A DNA stretch of 64,000 bases from Acidimicrobiia bacterium (GTDB taxonomy: Bacteria; Actinomycetota; Acidimicrobiia; Spongiisociales; UBA5794), in NCBI GenBank assembly GCA_003235475.1, contig QJWC01000031.1, positions 1,042 to 65,041 on the forward strand, written 5' to 3'. Position 1 is the first letter of the stretch. Every line of letters begins with the position of its first letter. The notes beneath the pieces are model-generated. The model did no database searches. It worked only from the letters and a program-made list of their open reading frames with translations, and was not told where the DNA came from. Below are positions 54,624-63,948 of the stretch, piece by piece. Both the position numbers and the translations under genes were made by a program.

Positions 54624-57232
54624 GCGCCGACCGGCTGGTGAACACTGAACGGGAGCTGGTTTCGGCGGATGCCGTCGACCTCGTAGAACGCGCCCGCAAC
54701 GGCACCGGCGGTCGGCACGAGCCCGATCTCACCCACGCCCTTGACGCCGTACGGAGACCTCGGCTGCGGTGCTTCGACGAGGACCACCTCGATCTCAGGA
54801 ATGTCCTTCGGGCGGAGCACACCCAGGCTCCGCAAGGTCATGTTGGTCGGCATCGCCTGCTCGTCGGTCGGGAACTCCTCGGTGAGGGCGTACCCGAGCC
54901 CCATGTGCACGGCACCCTCGACCTGCCCCTCACAAAGGGTTGGGTTGATCACGCGCCCGACGTCGTTCACAGCGACGACCTTCTCGATTGTGCCGGTCTC
55001 CCGATCGGCGATCACAAGCTGCCCCCCGTATCCGAACGCCGAGTGGATGATCGGGTTCTCGACGCCCTCTTCGAGCGAGTTCGTCCAATCGACGACGTAC
55101 TCACCGACGTAGTCCACGTTCGGCTTTCGGCCGTCTTCGATCGCAATGCGGCATGCGTCCTGCACGGAGCCAGCCCCCATGAGCGTGCCACGGGATCCGG
55201 TGGTCTGTCCTGCACCGAGTTCCCGGCTCGTGTCGACTTTGACGGTGATCTTCTCGGGTGCGACGTCGAGTTCCTCCGCAGCGACCTGCATTGCCACGGT
55301 GTGAACGCCCTGACCCATCTCGGTCCAGCAGTGGCGGACCTCGACGTTGCCATCGTCATCGAAGCGGACGACAGCCTTCGCAATTTCGACGAATCCGTTC
55401 CCGAGCCCCGAGTTCTTGAGGGCGAGGCCGAGACCGACAGCCTTGCCAGCCGCCTTTGCGTCGTCGTAGTAGGGCTTGATGGCGTCGAGGCACTGCCGGA
55501 TCCCGAGGCAGCCGTCGTCCATGACCTGGCCCGGACCCCAGGTATCGCCAGGCTTCACGATGTTACGGTTCCGCATCTCCCAGGTGCTGATGCCGACCTT
55601 GTCGGCGAGGCGGTCGAGCATGCCCTCGGTCGCGAACTGCGCCTGGTTCGCCCCGAAACCTCGGAACGCACCGCACACCGGGTTGTTCGTGCGAACCGCA
55701 ACTGCGGACACGTCGATGTTCGGGACCGTGTACGGCCCGCTCGCGTGGCCGGCGGCACGCTCCAGCACCTTCATCCCGACCGACGCGTACGGCCCCGAGT
55801 CGCCGATCATCCTCGCCTTGTAGGCGACGAGCTTCCCGTTCTCGTCGCAGCCGGCGGTCGCTTCGATCCGAATCGGGTGCCGCTTGGCATGCATGAGAAG
55901 CGACTGCTCGCGCGTCAGGGTGCACTTGACCGGCCGGTTGAGAAGGTGGGCTGCGAGCGCCGCGTGCGCCTGGTTCGACATGTCCTCCTTGCCGCCGAAC
56001 GCACCACCGTTCGAGACGAGTTCGACCGTCACCTTGTCCGTGTCGACGCCGAGAACCGCCGCGATCTGGTCGCGGTCGTCCCACACACCCTGACCACCCG
56101 AGTACACGTGCAGCGCGCCGCCTTCCAGCGGCACGGCGAGCGTCGACTCTGGCTCGAGGAACGCGTGCTCAACCCGCTGGGTGTGGAAGGTCTCGGTCAC
56201 CGTGTGCGCGGCGTCAGCGAGGGCGAAATCGACATCGCCGCGGCTGTAGACGGACTTCGAGAGCACGTTGCCGTCGAGTCCCCACACGGCGTCCTCGTCC
56301 GATGCGAGGGCGACGTCGGGATCCGTGTAGACCTTGAGCTCCTGGTACTCGATGTCGACCAATCCGGCTGCCATACGAGCCACTTCGACGTCGTCGGCGA
56401 CCACGACCGCCATCACGTCCCCGAGGTATGAGGTCCGCTGGCCGGGGCCGATCATGACCGGCCAGTCCTTGTGGATGATGCCGACGCGCTGGTCCCCCGG
56501 AATGTCCTGTTGGGTATACACGGCGACGACGCCGTCGACGTCGAGCGCACGAGACGTGTCGATCGAGAGAACGTCCGCCCTAGCGAAGTCGGCGAGGCGC
56601 AGCCCTGCGTGGAGCATGCCGGGAATGCGGATGTCGTCGACATAGCCGCGGTCGCCGAGGGCCAGCTCCTGGGCTTCGTACTTCTTGCCGCGCTCGCCGA
56701 TCTTCGTGGGCAGGCTCGGGGCCGTGATCTCGACCTCGTCTCGGAGCATGTCGATCGCGTCGAAGATCTTCGTGTACCCAGTGCACCGGCAGAGGTGGGC
56801 GCCGAGGCGGCCGGCGGCGGTCTCGCGCGTCAGGTCCTTGCCCTTCTGGTCGATCAGCGCCTTGGTCCTGACGAGGATCCCGGGGGTGCAGAAGCCGCAC
56901 TGGAGGGCACCGGTCGCCGCAAAGGCATCTGCATATCGGTCGCGCTCCGCGGGATCGAACCCCTCGAGGGTCGTGACCTCCTTGCCGGCGGCTTTCTCCA
57001 TCGACACGAGGCAGCTTTGGATCGGCTTCCCGTCAAGGAGCACCGTGCATGCGCCGCACTGCCCGGAAGGCGCACAGCCGTCCTTCGGGGAGGTGACGTC
57101 GAGCTCTTCGCGCAGCGCGCGCAGGAGGTGGGGGTGGGACGCCGACACCTCGACTGGCGTCCCATTGACCACGAGGCTCGTCATGTCGCTCGTTCCGGGC
57201 GCGGCGGTGGTCGTGGCGTCCATACCTTGCAC
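54620..57232 (-). CDS. xdhD: Fused [2Fe-2S]-molybdopterin hydroxylase (XdhD / aldehyde-oxidoreductase-Mop architecture, xanthine dehydrogenase family)
   Basis: GTG at 57232, 8 nt after GGGAGGGG. Fe-S motifs: CAPSGQCGACTV, CGFCTPG, CRCTGY. Mo domain: GGAFGGKEDM, FRGFGANQ, KGVGEIGLVP. There is no FAD domain. Confidence 0.85.
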   Translation of the reverse strand: MQGMDATTTAAPGTSDMTSLVVNGTPVEVSASHPHLLRALREELDVTSPKDGCAPSGQCGACTVLLDGKPIQSCLVSMEKAAGKEVTTLEGFDPAERDRYADAFAATGALQCGFCTPGILVRTKALIDQKGKDLTRETAAGRLGAHLCRCTGYTKIFDAIDMLRDEVEITAPSLPTKIGERGKKYEAQELALGDRGYVDDIRIPGMLHAGLRLADFARADVLSIDTSRALDVDGVVAVYTQQDIPGDQRVGIIHKDWPVMIGPGQRTSYLGDVMAVVVADDVEVARMAAGLVDIEYQELKVYTDPDVALASDEDAVWGLDGNVLSKSVYSRGDVDFALADAAHTVTETFHTQRVEHAFLEPESTLAVPLEGGALHVYSGGQGVWDDRDQIAAVLGVDTDKVTVELVSNGGAFGGKEDMSNQAHAALAAHLLNRPVKCTLTREQSLLMHAKRHPIRIEATAGCDENGKLVAYKARMIGDSGPYASVGMKVLERAAGHASGPYTVPNIDVSAVAVRTNNPVCGAFRGFGANQAQFATEGMLDRLADKVGISTWEMRNRNIVKPGDTWGPGQVMDDGCLGIRQCLDAIKPYYDDAKAAGKAVGLGLALKNSGLGNGFVEIAKAVVRFDDDGNVEVRHCWTEMGQGVHTVAMQVAAEELDVAPEKITVKVDTSRELGAGQTTGSRGTLMGAGSVQDACRIAIEDGRKPNVDYVGEYVVDWTNSLEEGVENPIIHSAFGYGGQLVIADRETGTIEKVVAVNDVGRVINPTLCEGQVEGAVHMGLGYALTEEFPTDEQAMPTNMTLRSLGVLRPKDIPEIEVVLVEAPQPRSPYGVKGVGEIGLVPTAGAVAGAFYEVDGIRRNQLPFSVHQPVGA

Positions 57233-57273
57233 TCTACAAACCCCTCCCGGGCGTCACGACAGCGATACCTCTC

Positions 57274-58248
57274 CTACATCGTGAGGGCCATGACGGCCTT
57301 CTGCGCATGCAGACGGTTCTCGGCCTGGTCGAACACACGGCTCCAGCGGCCATCGATGACCTCGTCGGCCACCTCGATGTTGCGGTCTGCGGGGAGCGGG
57401 TGCATGTAGATCGCATCCTCGTCCGCCATCTCCATGCGCCTCGCGTCGACGATCCAGTCCTTGTACTGCGCCGAAATCTTCGCTGATTCCTCATGGTCAG
57501 ACGTGGTGAGCATCGAGCCCCATGCCTTGGCGTAGACGACGTCGGCACCGACCATGCCCTCTTCGAAGTCCTCGACGATCTCGAAACTTCCGTGGGCGGC
57601 GCGGGCGTTCTCCTCTGCCTGCGCAACGATCTCCGGCATCAGCTTGAACTCCGGTGGACGGGTCAGGCGCACGTTTGCCCCGTACCGCGTCATCAGCAGG
57701 ATCACGCTTTGGGGGACGCTGATCGGCTTCTGGTAGCTCGCCGCGTACGCGTAGCTCATGTTGATCGTGAGCTTCGACGGGTCGCCCTTCTGCTCGATGA
57801 TCGTGAGCAGGTCGGCGAGCGCCTGGAACGGGTGGTACCAGTCGCACTGCATGTTGAGTACGGGTGTTCGGCTCGCCTCGGCAACCGCGCGGATGTAGTC
57901 GTTGCCGATTCCCCAGTCGACGTTGCGGATGGCGATGCCGTCGTTGTAGCGGCCGAGGATCTCCCCGATCTCCTTCCACGTGTCGCCGTGGCCGATCTGG
58001 GTGGTGGTCGAGTCGAGGAACATCGCATGTCCGCCGAGCTGCGCCATGCCTGCCTCGAAGGACGCACGGGTGCGGGTCGAAGAGAAGAAGAAGAGCATTG
58101 CGAGCACCTTGTCGCGGAGGAGGGCATGGTCCTCACCGAGCGCACGGCGGCGCTTGAGGTCGAGCGCGATGTCGAGGACGGTGTCAAGTTCGTCCTTCGT
58201 CCACTCTTGTGTGGTGATCATGTCCCGTCCGTGCAGATACGTCTGCAT
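57274..58248 (-). CDS. ygeW: YgeW-like carbamoyltransferase (ATCase/OTCase superfamily)
   Basis: FFFSSTRTRASFEAG, HPFQALADL, HPLPADR. The segment SYQKPISVPQSVILLMTRYGANV resembles the SYGKPLSVPQGIIGLMTRFG segment I recall from E. coli YgeW. It is shorter (324 aa) than my recollection of YgeW. Confidence 0.7.
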   Translation of the reverse strand: MQTYLHGRDMITTQEWTKDELDTVLDIALDLKRRRALGEDHALLRDKVLAMLFFFSSTRTRASFEAGMAQLGGHAMFLDSTTTQIGHGDTWKEIGEILGRYNDGIAIRNVDWGIGNDYIRAVAEASRTPVLNMQCDWYHPFQALADLLTIIEQKGDPSKLTINMSYAYAASYQKPISVPQSVILLMTRYGANVRLTRPPEFKLMPEIVAQAEENARAAHGSFEIVEDFEEGMVGADVVYAKAWGSMLTTSDHEESAKISAQYKDWIVDARRMEMADEDAIYMHPLPADRNIEVADEVIDGRWSRVFDQAENRLHAQKAVMALTM

Positions 58249-58261
58249 GCGTGCTCCTTTG

Positions 58262-59026
58262 CTATTCAGGGTTGGGTTTCCGCCTGATCAGGCGGAAACG
58301 GAGAAGGTCGTCCCGGAAGAACGACGTTGCTCTGACAAGTGGCGTGTTGTCCTCGTCGAATCCGATCTCATCGAAGCACACGGCTGCCGTGCCGACCGGG
58401 ACGCCGAGCAACCCCGCGGTGTGCTCGTCGAGCTTGACGGGAACGATCTCGGAGAGGAAGTAACTGAGCCGTCGATCGGAGTGCCGCTCGAGGAACGTGT
58501 AGAGCGGCTCGCTTCCGTCGTAGGTCATGGCCTCGTCGGTGAGCCTGGCAGACGGGATCCGGTTGACCGCGACTGCCACGGGCAGGTCGTCGCCTCTGAA
58601 GACCTTCTCCATCACGACCAGCTTCGTGCCCACTGGGATGTCGAGCTCCTCGGCGATGGCCTTCGTCGCCTTCTCCTCATCGATGCTGATGACATCGACG
58701 GAAGGCTCGTACCCGTGTGCGGTGAGGACGTCCTCGTAGGACCAGATCTCCTCAAGCCGTGACTTGATCTGGAGGCCGTGCTCGTTGATGAACGTGCCCG
58801 AACCCTGCCTGCGGTAGACGACGCCCTCGTTGGCGAGGCGGGACAGCGCGTCCCGAACGGTGGTCCGGCTGACCCCGAGTTCGGCGGAGAGCTCAACCTC
58901 AGGAGGGATCCGCCCGTCCTCGAACTCGCCGTCTGCGATCCGCTGCTTGAGGTGCGCCTTCACCTGTTCGGTGAGTGACGGGCTGCGAGAGATCACGATG
59001 CGGCGGCCTTCCGGTCGGTCGGACAA
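58262..59026 (-). CDS. GntR-family (HutC subfamily, UTRA effector domain) transcriptional regulator
   Basis: The wHTH reads LPPEVELSAELGVSRTTVRDALSRLANEGVVYRRQGSGTFI. The stop lies only 13 nt from the ygeW-like start. The track start is a TTG at 59026 with no RBS. A GTG at 58996 preceded by GGAAGG may be the real start. Confidence 0.85.
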   Translation of the reverse strand: MSDRPEGRRIVISRSPSLTEQVKAHLKQRIADGEFEDGRIPPEVELSAELGVSRTTVRDALSRLANEGVVYRRQGSGTFINEHGLQIKSRLEEIWSYEDVLTAHGYEPSVDVISIDEEKATKAIAEELDIPVGTKLVVMEKVFRGDDLPVAVAVNRIPSARLTDEAMTYDGSEPLYTFLERHSDRRLSYFLSEIVPVKLDEHTAGLLGVPVGTAAVCFDEIGFDEDNTPLVRATSFFRDDLLRFRLIRRKPNPE

Positions 59027-59044
59027 CCAATTTCGCTGGTTGTC
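59022..59044. promoter_or_regulatory. Perfect inverted repeat, candidate GntR operator
   Basis: GACAACCA (59022-59029), ATTTCGC, TGGTTGTC (59037-59044). It lies just downstream of a minus-strand TTGGGC-18-TATGAT promoter-like pair (59079-59050). Confidence 0.4.
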
Positions 59045-59100
59045 GGTTCATCATACCAATTGTGGATGAGAACGCCCAACACGGCAAAACCGCGCTTGCG

Positions 59101-59129
59101 TTGTGTGAACGCGCGACCACCGGCATAAT
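59101..59129 (+). promoter_or_regulatory. Candidate sigma-70-like promoter for the three-subunit hydroxylase operon
   Basis: TTGTGT (59101-59106), 17 nt, CATAAT (59124-59129), about 45 nt before the GTG at 59174. It overlaps a GCGTT-N5-AACGC inverted repeat (59098-59112). Confidence 0.35.
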
Positions 59130-59173
59130 CGGACATGGTGCAGCCAAGGAGCGCCGACGGGAGTTGATCTTCA

Positions 59174-59974
59174 GTGGAATTCGTCGCCGCCAAAGACCTT
59201 GACGAGGCACTCGTAGCGAAGGCGAACCATCCTGACGCCGAGTTCCTCGCAGGCGGCACCGATCTCATGGTGGAGGTCAACCTGGCCCATCACCGGCCGT
59301 CTTCCGCGATCGGCCTTCGCCGCGTCGACGAACTGCGCGAGATGACCGATCTCCGCATCGGGGCAGGCGTGACCTGGGCGACCCTCGAGTCCCATCCCCA
59401 CCGAGCGCTCGCCCAAGCGGCCAGGACCGTGGGGTCTCCCCAGATCCGCGCTGCCGGGACGCTCGGGGGAAACATCGGGACCGCGAGCCCTGCAGGCGAT
59501 GGGCTCCCGTGGATCGCCGCGCTCGACGGCACGATCGAGCTTCGATCGAAAGACAGGGGGACCCGCGTGATGCCATGGAGGGAGTTCTTCGTCGGCGTGA
59601 AGCGCACCGCGATCCTGCCTGACGAAGCCATCGTCGCTGTGCGGATTCCGGAGGACACACCGGCCCGTCAGGAGTTCGCCAAGATCGGCGTGCGTAACGC
59701 GATGGTGATCTCGACCGTCTCCTGCGTCGTCACCCATGGCGACAACGGGACCACGGTGGCCCTCGGCTCCGTTGCCCCGACCCCGATGCGCGCAACGCGG
59801 GCCGAGGAGATGATCAACGCCGAGAAGAACCCGTCCGAAGCGGCGCTCGCAGAGTTCGCCCGCATCGTCTCCGAGGAGGTCCGCCCCATCACCGACCACC
59901 GGTCAACCGAGTCCTACCGACGACACGGCGCAGGAGTGCTCGCACGCCGACTGCTCGAGAGGTGCCTCTCGTGA
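59174..59974 (+). CDS. Molybdenum hydroxylase FAD-binding (medium, CoxM/XdhB-like) subunit
   Basis: LAGGTDLMVEVN, GTLGGNIGTASPAGD, ITDHRSTESYRRH. Confidence 0.88.
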   Translation: MEFVAAKDLDEALVAKANHPDAEFLAGGTDLMVEVNLAHHRPSSAIGLRRVDELREMTDLRIGAGVTWATLESHPHRALAQAARTVGSPQIRAAGTLGGNIGTASPAGDGLPWIAALDGTIELRSKDRGTRVMPWREFFVGVKRTAILPDEAIVAVRIPEDTPARQEFAKIGVRNAMVISTVSCVVTHGDNGTTVALGSVAPTPMRATRAEEMINAEKNPSEAALAEFARIVSEEVRPITDHRSTESYRRHGAGVLARRLLERCLS

Positions 59975-60435
59975 TCGTGTCCCTCACCATCAACGGCGAA
60001 CCGAAAACCGCGACGATCGGCGGGTTCGAGAGTCTGCTGCGCGTCCTGCGCGACGACCTCGGCCTGCTCGGCAGCAAGAACGCGTGCGAGCAGGGCGAAT
60101 GCGGGTCGTGCTCCGTGGTTCTCGACGGGGAGGTCGTGTGTGCCTGCCTCGTGATGGCCGCAGACTGCGAGGGTTCCGACGTCACCACGGTCGAGGCGTA
60201 CGGCACCGGCGACGACCTGCACCCCTTCCAACAGGCCATGCTCGACGAACACGGTGTCCAGTGCGGCTTCTGCACCCCCGGCATCGTCGTGACGGGGATC
60301 CGACTGCTCGAAGAGAACCCAACGCCGACCGAGGACGAGATCCGCGAGGCCCTGTCCGGGAACATCTGCCGATGCACGGGCTACGGCGGGATCCTGAGGG
60401 CGTTCGATCGGCTCGCAAAGGAAGGCACCGAATGA
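59971..60435 (+). CDS. Molybdenum hydroxylase [2Fe-2S] (small, CoxS-like) subunit
   Basis: CEQGECGSCSV, CGFCTPG, CRCTGY. GTG at 59971 lies in a GTGA overlap with the upstream stop. The track start, GTG at 59962, is the alternative. Confidence 0.88.
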   Translation: MIVSLTINGEPKTATIGGFESLLRVLRDDLGLLGSKNACEQGECGSCSVVLDGEVVCACLVMAADCEGSDVTTVEAYGTGDDLHPFQQAMLDEHGVQCGFCTPGIVVTGIRLLEENPTPTEDEIREALSGNICRCTGYGGILRAFDRLAKEGTE

Positions 60436-62651
60436 CGACCCGCACGAAGCCGCGCGTCCGTGGTGGCATCGGCGAGGACGTCGTTCGTCCGGACGGCATC
60501 CCGAAGCTGACCGGCAACTTCGCCTTCGCCTCGGACCTCGTCGCAGACGGGATGCTGTGGGCAGCAACGCTCCGCAGCCCCCACGCCCATGCGGTCATCG
60601 TCAGCCTCGACACCACGCCTGCTCTCGCGATCCCGGGCGTGCGTGCCGTCATCACCCAGGACGACGTGCCAGGGCATCCTCTCTTCGGGCAGGAGAAAGC
60701 CGACCAGCCCGTCCTTTGCGACGGCGTTGCCCGATATTGGGGCGAGCCCGTGGCAGTGGTCGCGGCCGACGATCCGGAGACCGCTCGCCGGGGTGTTGAG
60801 GCGATCGCAATCGAGTGGGAGCCTCTTGCCCCCGTCTCCGACCCCGAGGCGGCCGAGAACTCGGATCACATCTTCAGAAGGATCAACGTGCGCAGGGGAG
60901 ACCTCGGCGCCAAGGGCGAGGTTGTCGTCGAGGGGTACTACGAGATCGGAACCCAGGATCAGGCGCCACTCGGAACGGAGGCCGGGCTTGCGATTCCCGA
61001 TGGCGAGGGCGGCATCGACCTGTGGGTCACGTCACAGTGGGTCCACATCGACCACGGTCAGATCGTTCGCTGCCTCGACCTTCCTGATCACATGGTGCGA
61101 TGCCATCCAGCGGGAATCGGTGGTGCGTTCGGAGCCCGCGAGGACATGTCGATGCACGTCCATATCTCCCTGCTCGCGCTGATCACGAGGCGCCCGATCA
61201 AGATGGTCTACGACAGGTCGGAGTCCTTCGTCGGCCACGTGAAGCGCCACTCGGCGCGTATGTGGTACCGGCACGAGGCGACTCCTGAGGGCCGCCTCGT
61301 CAGGGTGACGGCCAAGGTGATCCTCGACGGCGGTGCGTACATGCACACGAGTGCCGCAGTGACCGGCAACGCCGCCTTCTTCGCCGTGGGCCCCTATGTG
61401 TGCGACAACGTCGAGTTGGACGTGGTGTCCGTCAAGACGAACAACCCGCCTGCTGGCGCGATGCGCGGGTTCGGTGTCGTCCAGACGTGCTTCGGGGCCG
61501 AGTCACAGATGGACCGGCTCGCCCAAGAGCTGGACATGGAGCCCCTCGCCCTCCGAAGGTTGAACGCCCTGGAAGCCGGTCAGCCGTTCTCGACCACCGG
61601 ACAGATCATCGAAGGCGCCTTCCCGACGACGGCCATCATCGATGCGCTCGAGTCATTTCCGCTCCCCCCGCCCCTCGAGTCGGACGACCCGGTGCACCTC
61701 CCTGGCGGGACGGGCCTGACGACACCCCGATCGGCGGTCGTCAGGGGCATCGGTTATGCGCTCAGCGCGAAGAACCTCGCGTTCTCGGAAGGGTTCGACG
61801 ACTACGCAGAGGCACGCGTCGTCCTCACACCGGTGGGCGCCGAGGTCCACACCGCGGCGATGGAGGTCGGCCAGGGTTTGGTCACTCTCCTCCAGCAGAT
61901 CGCCCGAACGGTGCTCGGCACGGGACACGTCGCCGTGGTCTGGGACGACACCTCGCAGATCGGCTCCGCAGGCTCGACCTCCGCAAGCAGGCAGACGCAG
62001 ATGACAGGTGGCGCAGTCCACGCAGCAGCGGTCGCCCTCCGCGACAAGGTGCTCGACGACCACGGTGCGGACGAGCTCAGGGAGGACGGTGCGTACCGTG
62101 ACGGCGAGCGGGTGGCGACCCTCGAAGAGATCTGCGCATCGGGGCCCGTGGACCACTGGATTCGCTTCCGGCATCCCGAGACCGAGGAGCCGGACGAGAA
62201 CGGCCAGGGAAACCTCCACCCCGGCTACGCCCTCGCCGGCCATCGGGCGGTCGTCGACGTCGATCCGGAGCTCGGCCTCGTCCGGGTCGTGCAGATCGAC
62301 ACGGCGCAGGATGTCGGCAAGGTGCTGAATCCCAAGGCGTTGATGGGACAGGTCGAGGGCGGCATCCTGCAAGGTGTCGGCCTCGCAACGATGGAGGAGC
62401 TCGTCATCGACAAGGGAATCATCCGGAATCCCACCTTCACCGACTACCTCCTTCCCACGTCACTCGACGCACCCCACGTCAACGCGGTGTTCATCGAAGA
62501 GGGCGACCACTGGGGACCGTTCGGCGCGAAGGGCGCTGGCGAACCCCCGACGATCAGCTCGACCCCAGCCGTCGCAGCCGCTATCCGGCAGGCGACCGGC
62601 AAGGCGCTCACCAGGGTCCCCATACTCCCCCAGGACATCACAGGCACCTGA
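60432..62651 (+). CDS. Xanthine-dehydrogenase-family molybdopterin-binding (large) subunit
   Basis: ATG at 60432 in an ATGA overlap. GGAFGAREDM, MRGFGVVQ, AKGAGEPPTIS. The 5' part of the 60084 track ORF overlaps the Fe-S gene out of context. Confidence 0.88.
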   Translation: MTTRTKPRVRGGIGEDVVRPDGIPKLTGNFAFASDLVADGMLWAATLRSPHAHAVIVSLDTTPALAIPGVRAVITQDDVPGHPLFGQEKADQPVLCDGVARYWGEPVAVVAADDPETARRGVEAIAIEWEPLAPVSDPEAAENSDHIFRRINVRRGDLGAKGEVVVEGYYEIGTQDQAPLGTEAGLAIPDGEGGIDLWVTSQWVHIDHGQIVRCLDLPDHMVRCHPAGIGGAFGAREDMSMHVHISLLALITRRPIKMVYDRSESFVGHVKRHSARMWYRHEATPEGRLVRVTAKVILDGGAYMHTSAAVTGNAAFFAVGPYVCDNVELDVVSVKTNNPPAGAMRGFGVVQTCFGAESQMDRLAQELDMEPLALRRLNALEAGQPFSTTGQIIEGAFPTTAIIDALESFPLPPPLESDDPVHLPGGTGLTTPRSAVVRGIGYALSAKNLAFSEGFDDYAEARVVLTPVGAEVHTAAMEVGQGLVTLLQQIARTVLGTGHVAVVWDDTSQIGSAGSTSASRQTQMTGGAVHAAAVALRDKVLDDHGADELREDGAYRDGERVATLEEICASGPVDHWIRFRHPETEEPDENGQGNLHPGYALAGHRAVVDVDPELGLVRVVQIDTAQDVGKVLNPKALMGQVEGGILQGVGLATMEELVIDKGIIRNPTFTDYLLPTSLDAPHVNAVFIEEGDHWGPFGAKGAGEPPTISSTPAVAAAIRQATGKALTRVPILPQDITGT

Positions 62652-62698
62652 TCCCCCTGGCTCGCTCCGCTCGCCCGTCCCCCTTGAAAGGGGGACGC
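62649..62698. repeat. Second, inverted copy of the palindrome-containing intergenic element
   Basis: TGATCCCCCTGGCTCGCTCCGCTCGCCCGTCCCCCTTGAAAGGGGGACGC. It starts on the TGA of the large-subunit gene and ends 6 nt before the convergent glycerate-kinase stop. Confidence 0.7.
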
Positions 62699-62703
62699 GA
62701 CCG

Positions 62704-63948
62704 TCACCTCCTGTGGACGAGGATCAAGTCGCCGACGTTCGTTCCCGTCGGGCCGGTGACGACGAGCGAACCCGCTGCATCGTGGAAGGCGTGCGAGTCG
62801 TTGTTGGTCAGCGCAGCCTGCGCGTCCATACCGTTCTTCGCTGCCGTGGCGACGGTCGCGCCGTCAGCGAAAGCCCCTGCGGCATCAGACATGCCGTCGA
62901 TGCCGTCCGTGCCGATCGACAGCAGGGTGAGGTCGTCTCGGCCGTCGAGGGCGATGGCCGCCGCGAGGGCGAGTTCCTGGTTCCGGCCGCCCCGACCGTT
63001 GCCCGTCACCGTCACCGTGGTTTCCCCTGCGTAGACGTGCGACTCGCCTGGCTTGAGTGCTTTGGCGTGGTCGATCACCTGCAGCGCGATCTCGCGCGCC
63101 TCGCCCTCGAGGGTGGTCGATACGACGGTCGCACCGTCCAGTGACGCCGCTGCGGCGTGGGCAGCCATGGTCCCGTCACCGACGACCATGACCGTCTGGC
63201 GGTCGAACACGTCACCGCCCTTCGGCGTTTCCGACGTGTCCTTCGCGAGGTGACGTCGCACCGCCGGGGGCACTGCGACGTCAGCCACGATGCTCCTTGC
63301 GTCTGCAAGCGTCGAGGGGTCAGGCACGGTGGGTCCGGACGCAATGACATCGAGCGGGTTCCCGACCACGTCCGACAGGATCAGGGTCAACAGGGTTGCG
63401 TCCGGTCCGATGGCCTCGGCGAGCCGTCCGCCCTTCACGCCCGAGAGGTGTTTTCGGACCGTGTTCACCTCGTTGATCGTCGCTCCGGACCGAAGCAGGA
63501 CCGAGGTCGTCTGCACGAGGTCGTACAAGGTGAGCCCCGGTGCCGGGACCGTGCACAGCGACGATCCGCCACCCGAGATCAGCACCAACACGAGGTCGCC
63601 GGCGCCACATGTCGAGGCCGTATCGAGGACGCGACGACCCGCCGATTCGCTCGTGGCATCCGGGATCGGGTGCGACGCCACGAGAACGTCGAGGCCCGCA
63701 GCACTCGTGGGCACGGACGACACGACGACACCGGACACTGGTAGATCGCCGCACCACTCCACTGCGGCGGATGCCATGGCGGGTGCAGCCTTGCCGATGG
63801 CGATCACCACGCAGCGCTCGTGGCCGTCGCGGTCGACCGACAGATCGCTCAACGCATTGGTCACCGCGCGGTGCGGGTCGACCGCTTCGATCCCCGCCAT
63901 TGCGGCGGACAGCAACAGGTCGCGCGTGTCCGAGGTCAGGCTTCGCAC
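62704..63948 (-). CDS. Glycerate 2-kinase / hydroxypyruvate-reductase-like protein (MOFRL, TtuD family)
   Basis: GTG start. AVDPHRAVTNAL, VVIAIGKAAPAMA, LISGGGSSL, TDGIDG. Confidence 0.8.
   Translation of the reverse strand: MRSLTSDTRDLLLSAAMAGIEAVDPHRAVTNALSDLSVDRDGHERCVVIAIGKAAPAMASAAVEWCGDLPVSGVVVSSVPTSAAGLDVLVASHPIPDATSESAGRRVLDTASTCGAGDLVLVLISGGGSSLCTVPAPGLTLYDLVQTTSVLLRSGATINEVNTVRKHLSGVKGGRLAEAIGPDATLLTLILSDVVGNPLDVIASGPTVPDPSTLADARSIVADVAVPPAVRRHLAKDTSETPKGGDVFDRQTVMVVGDGTMAAHAAAASLDGATVVSTTLEGEAREIALQVIDHAKALKPGESHVYAGETTVTVTGNGRGGRNQELALAAAIALDGRDDLTLLSIGTDGIDGMSDAAGAFADGATVATAAKNGMDAQAALTNNDSHAFHDAAGSLVVTGPTGTNVGDLILVHRR

Noticed and set aside
54620-57232. Selenocysteine or selenium dependence of the XdhD-like hydroxylase
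   Set aside because: There is no in-frame TGA in the gene, and no selD, yqeB or yqeC-like gene in the window. Selenium dependence cannot be inferred from this sequence.
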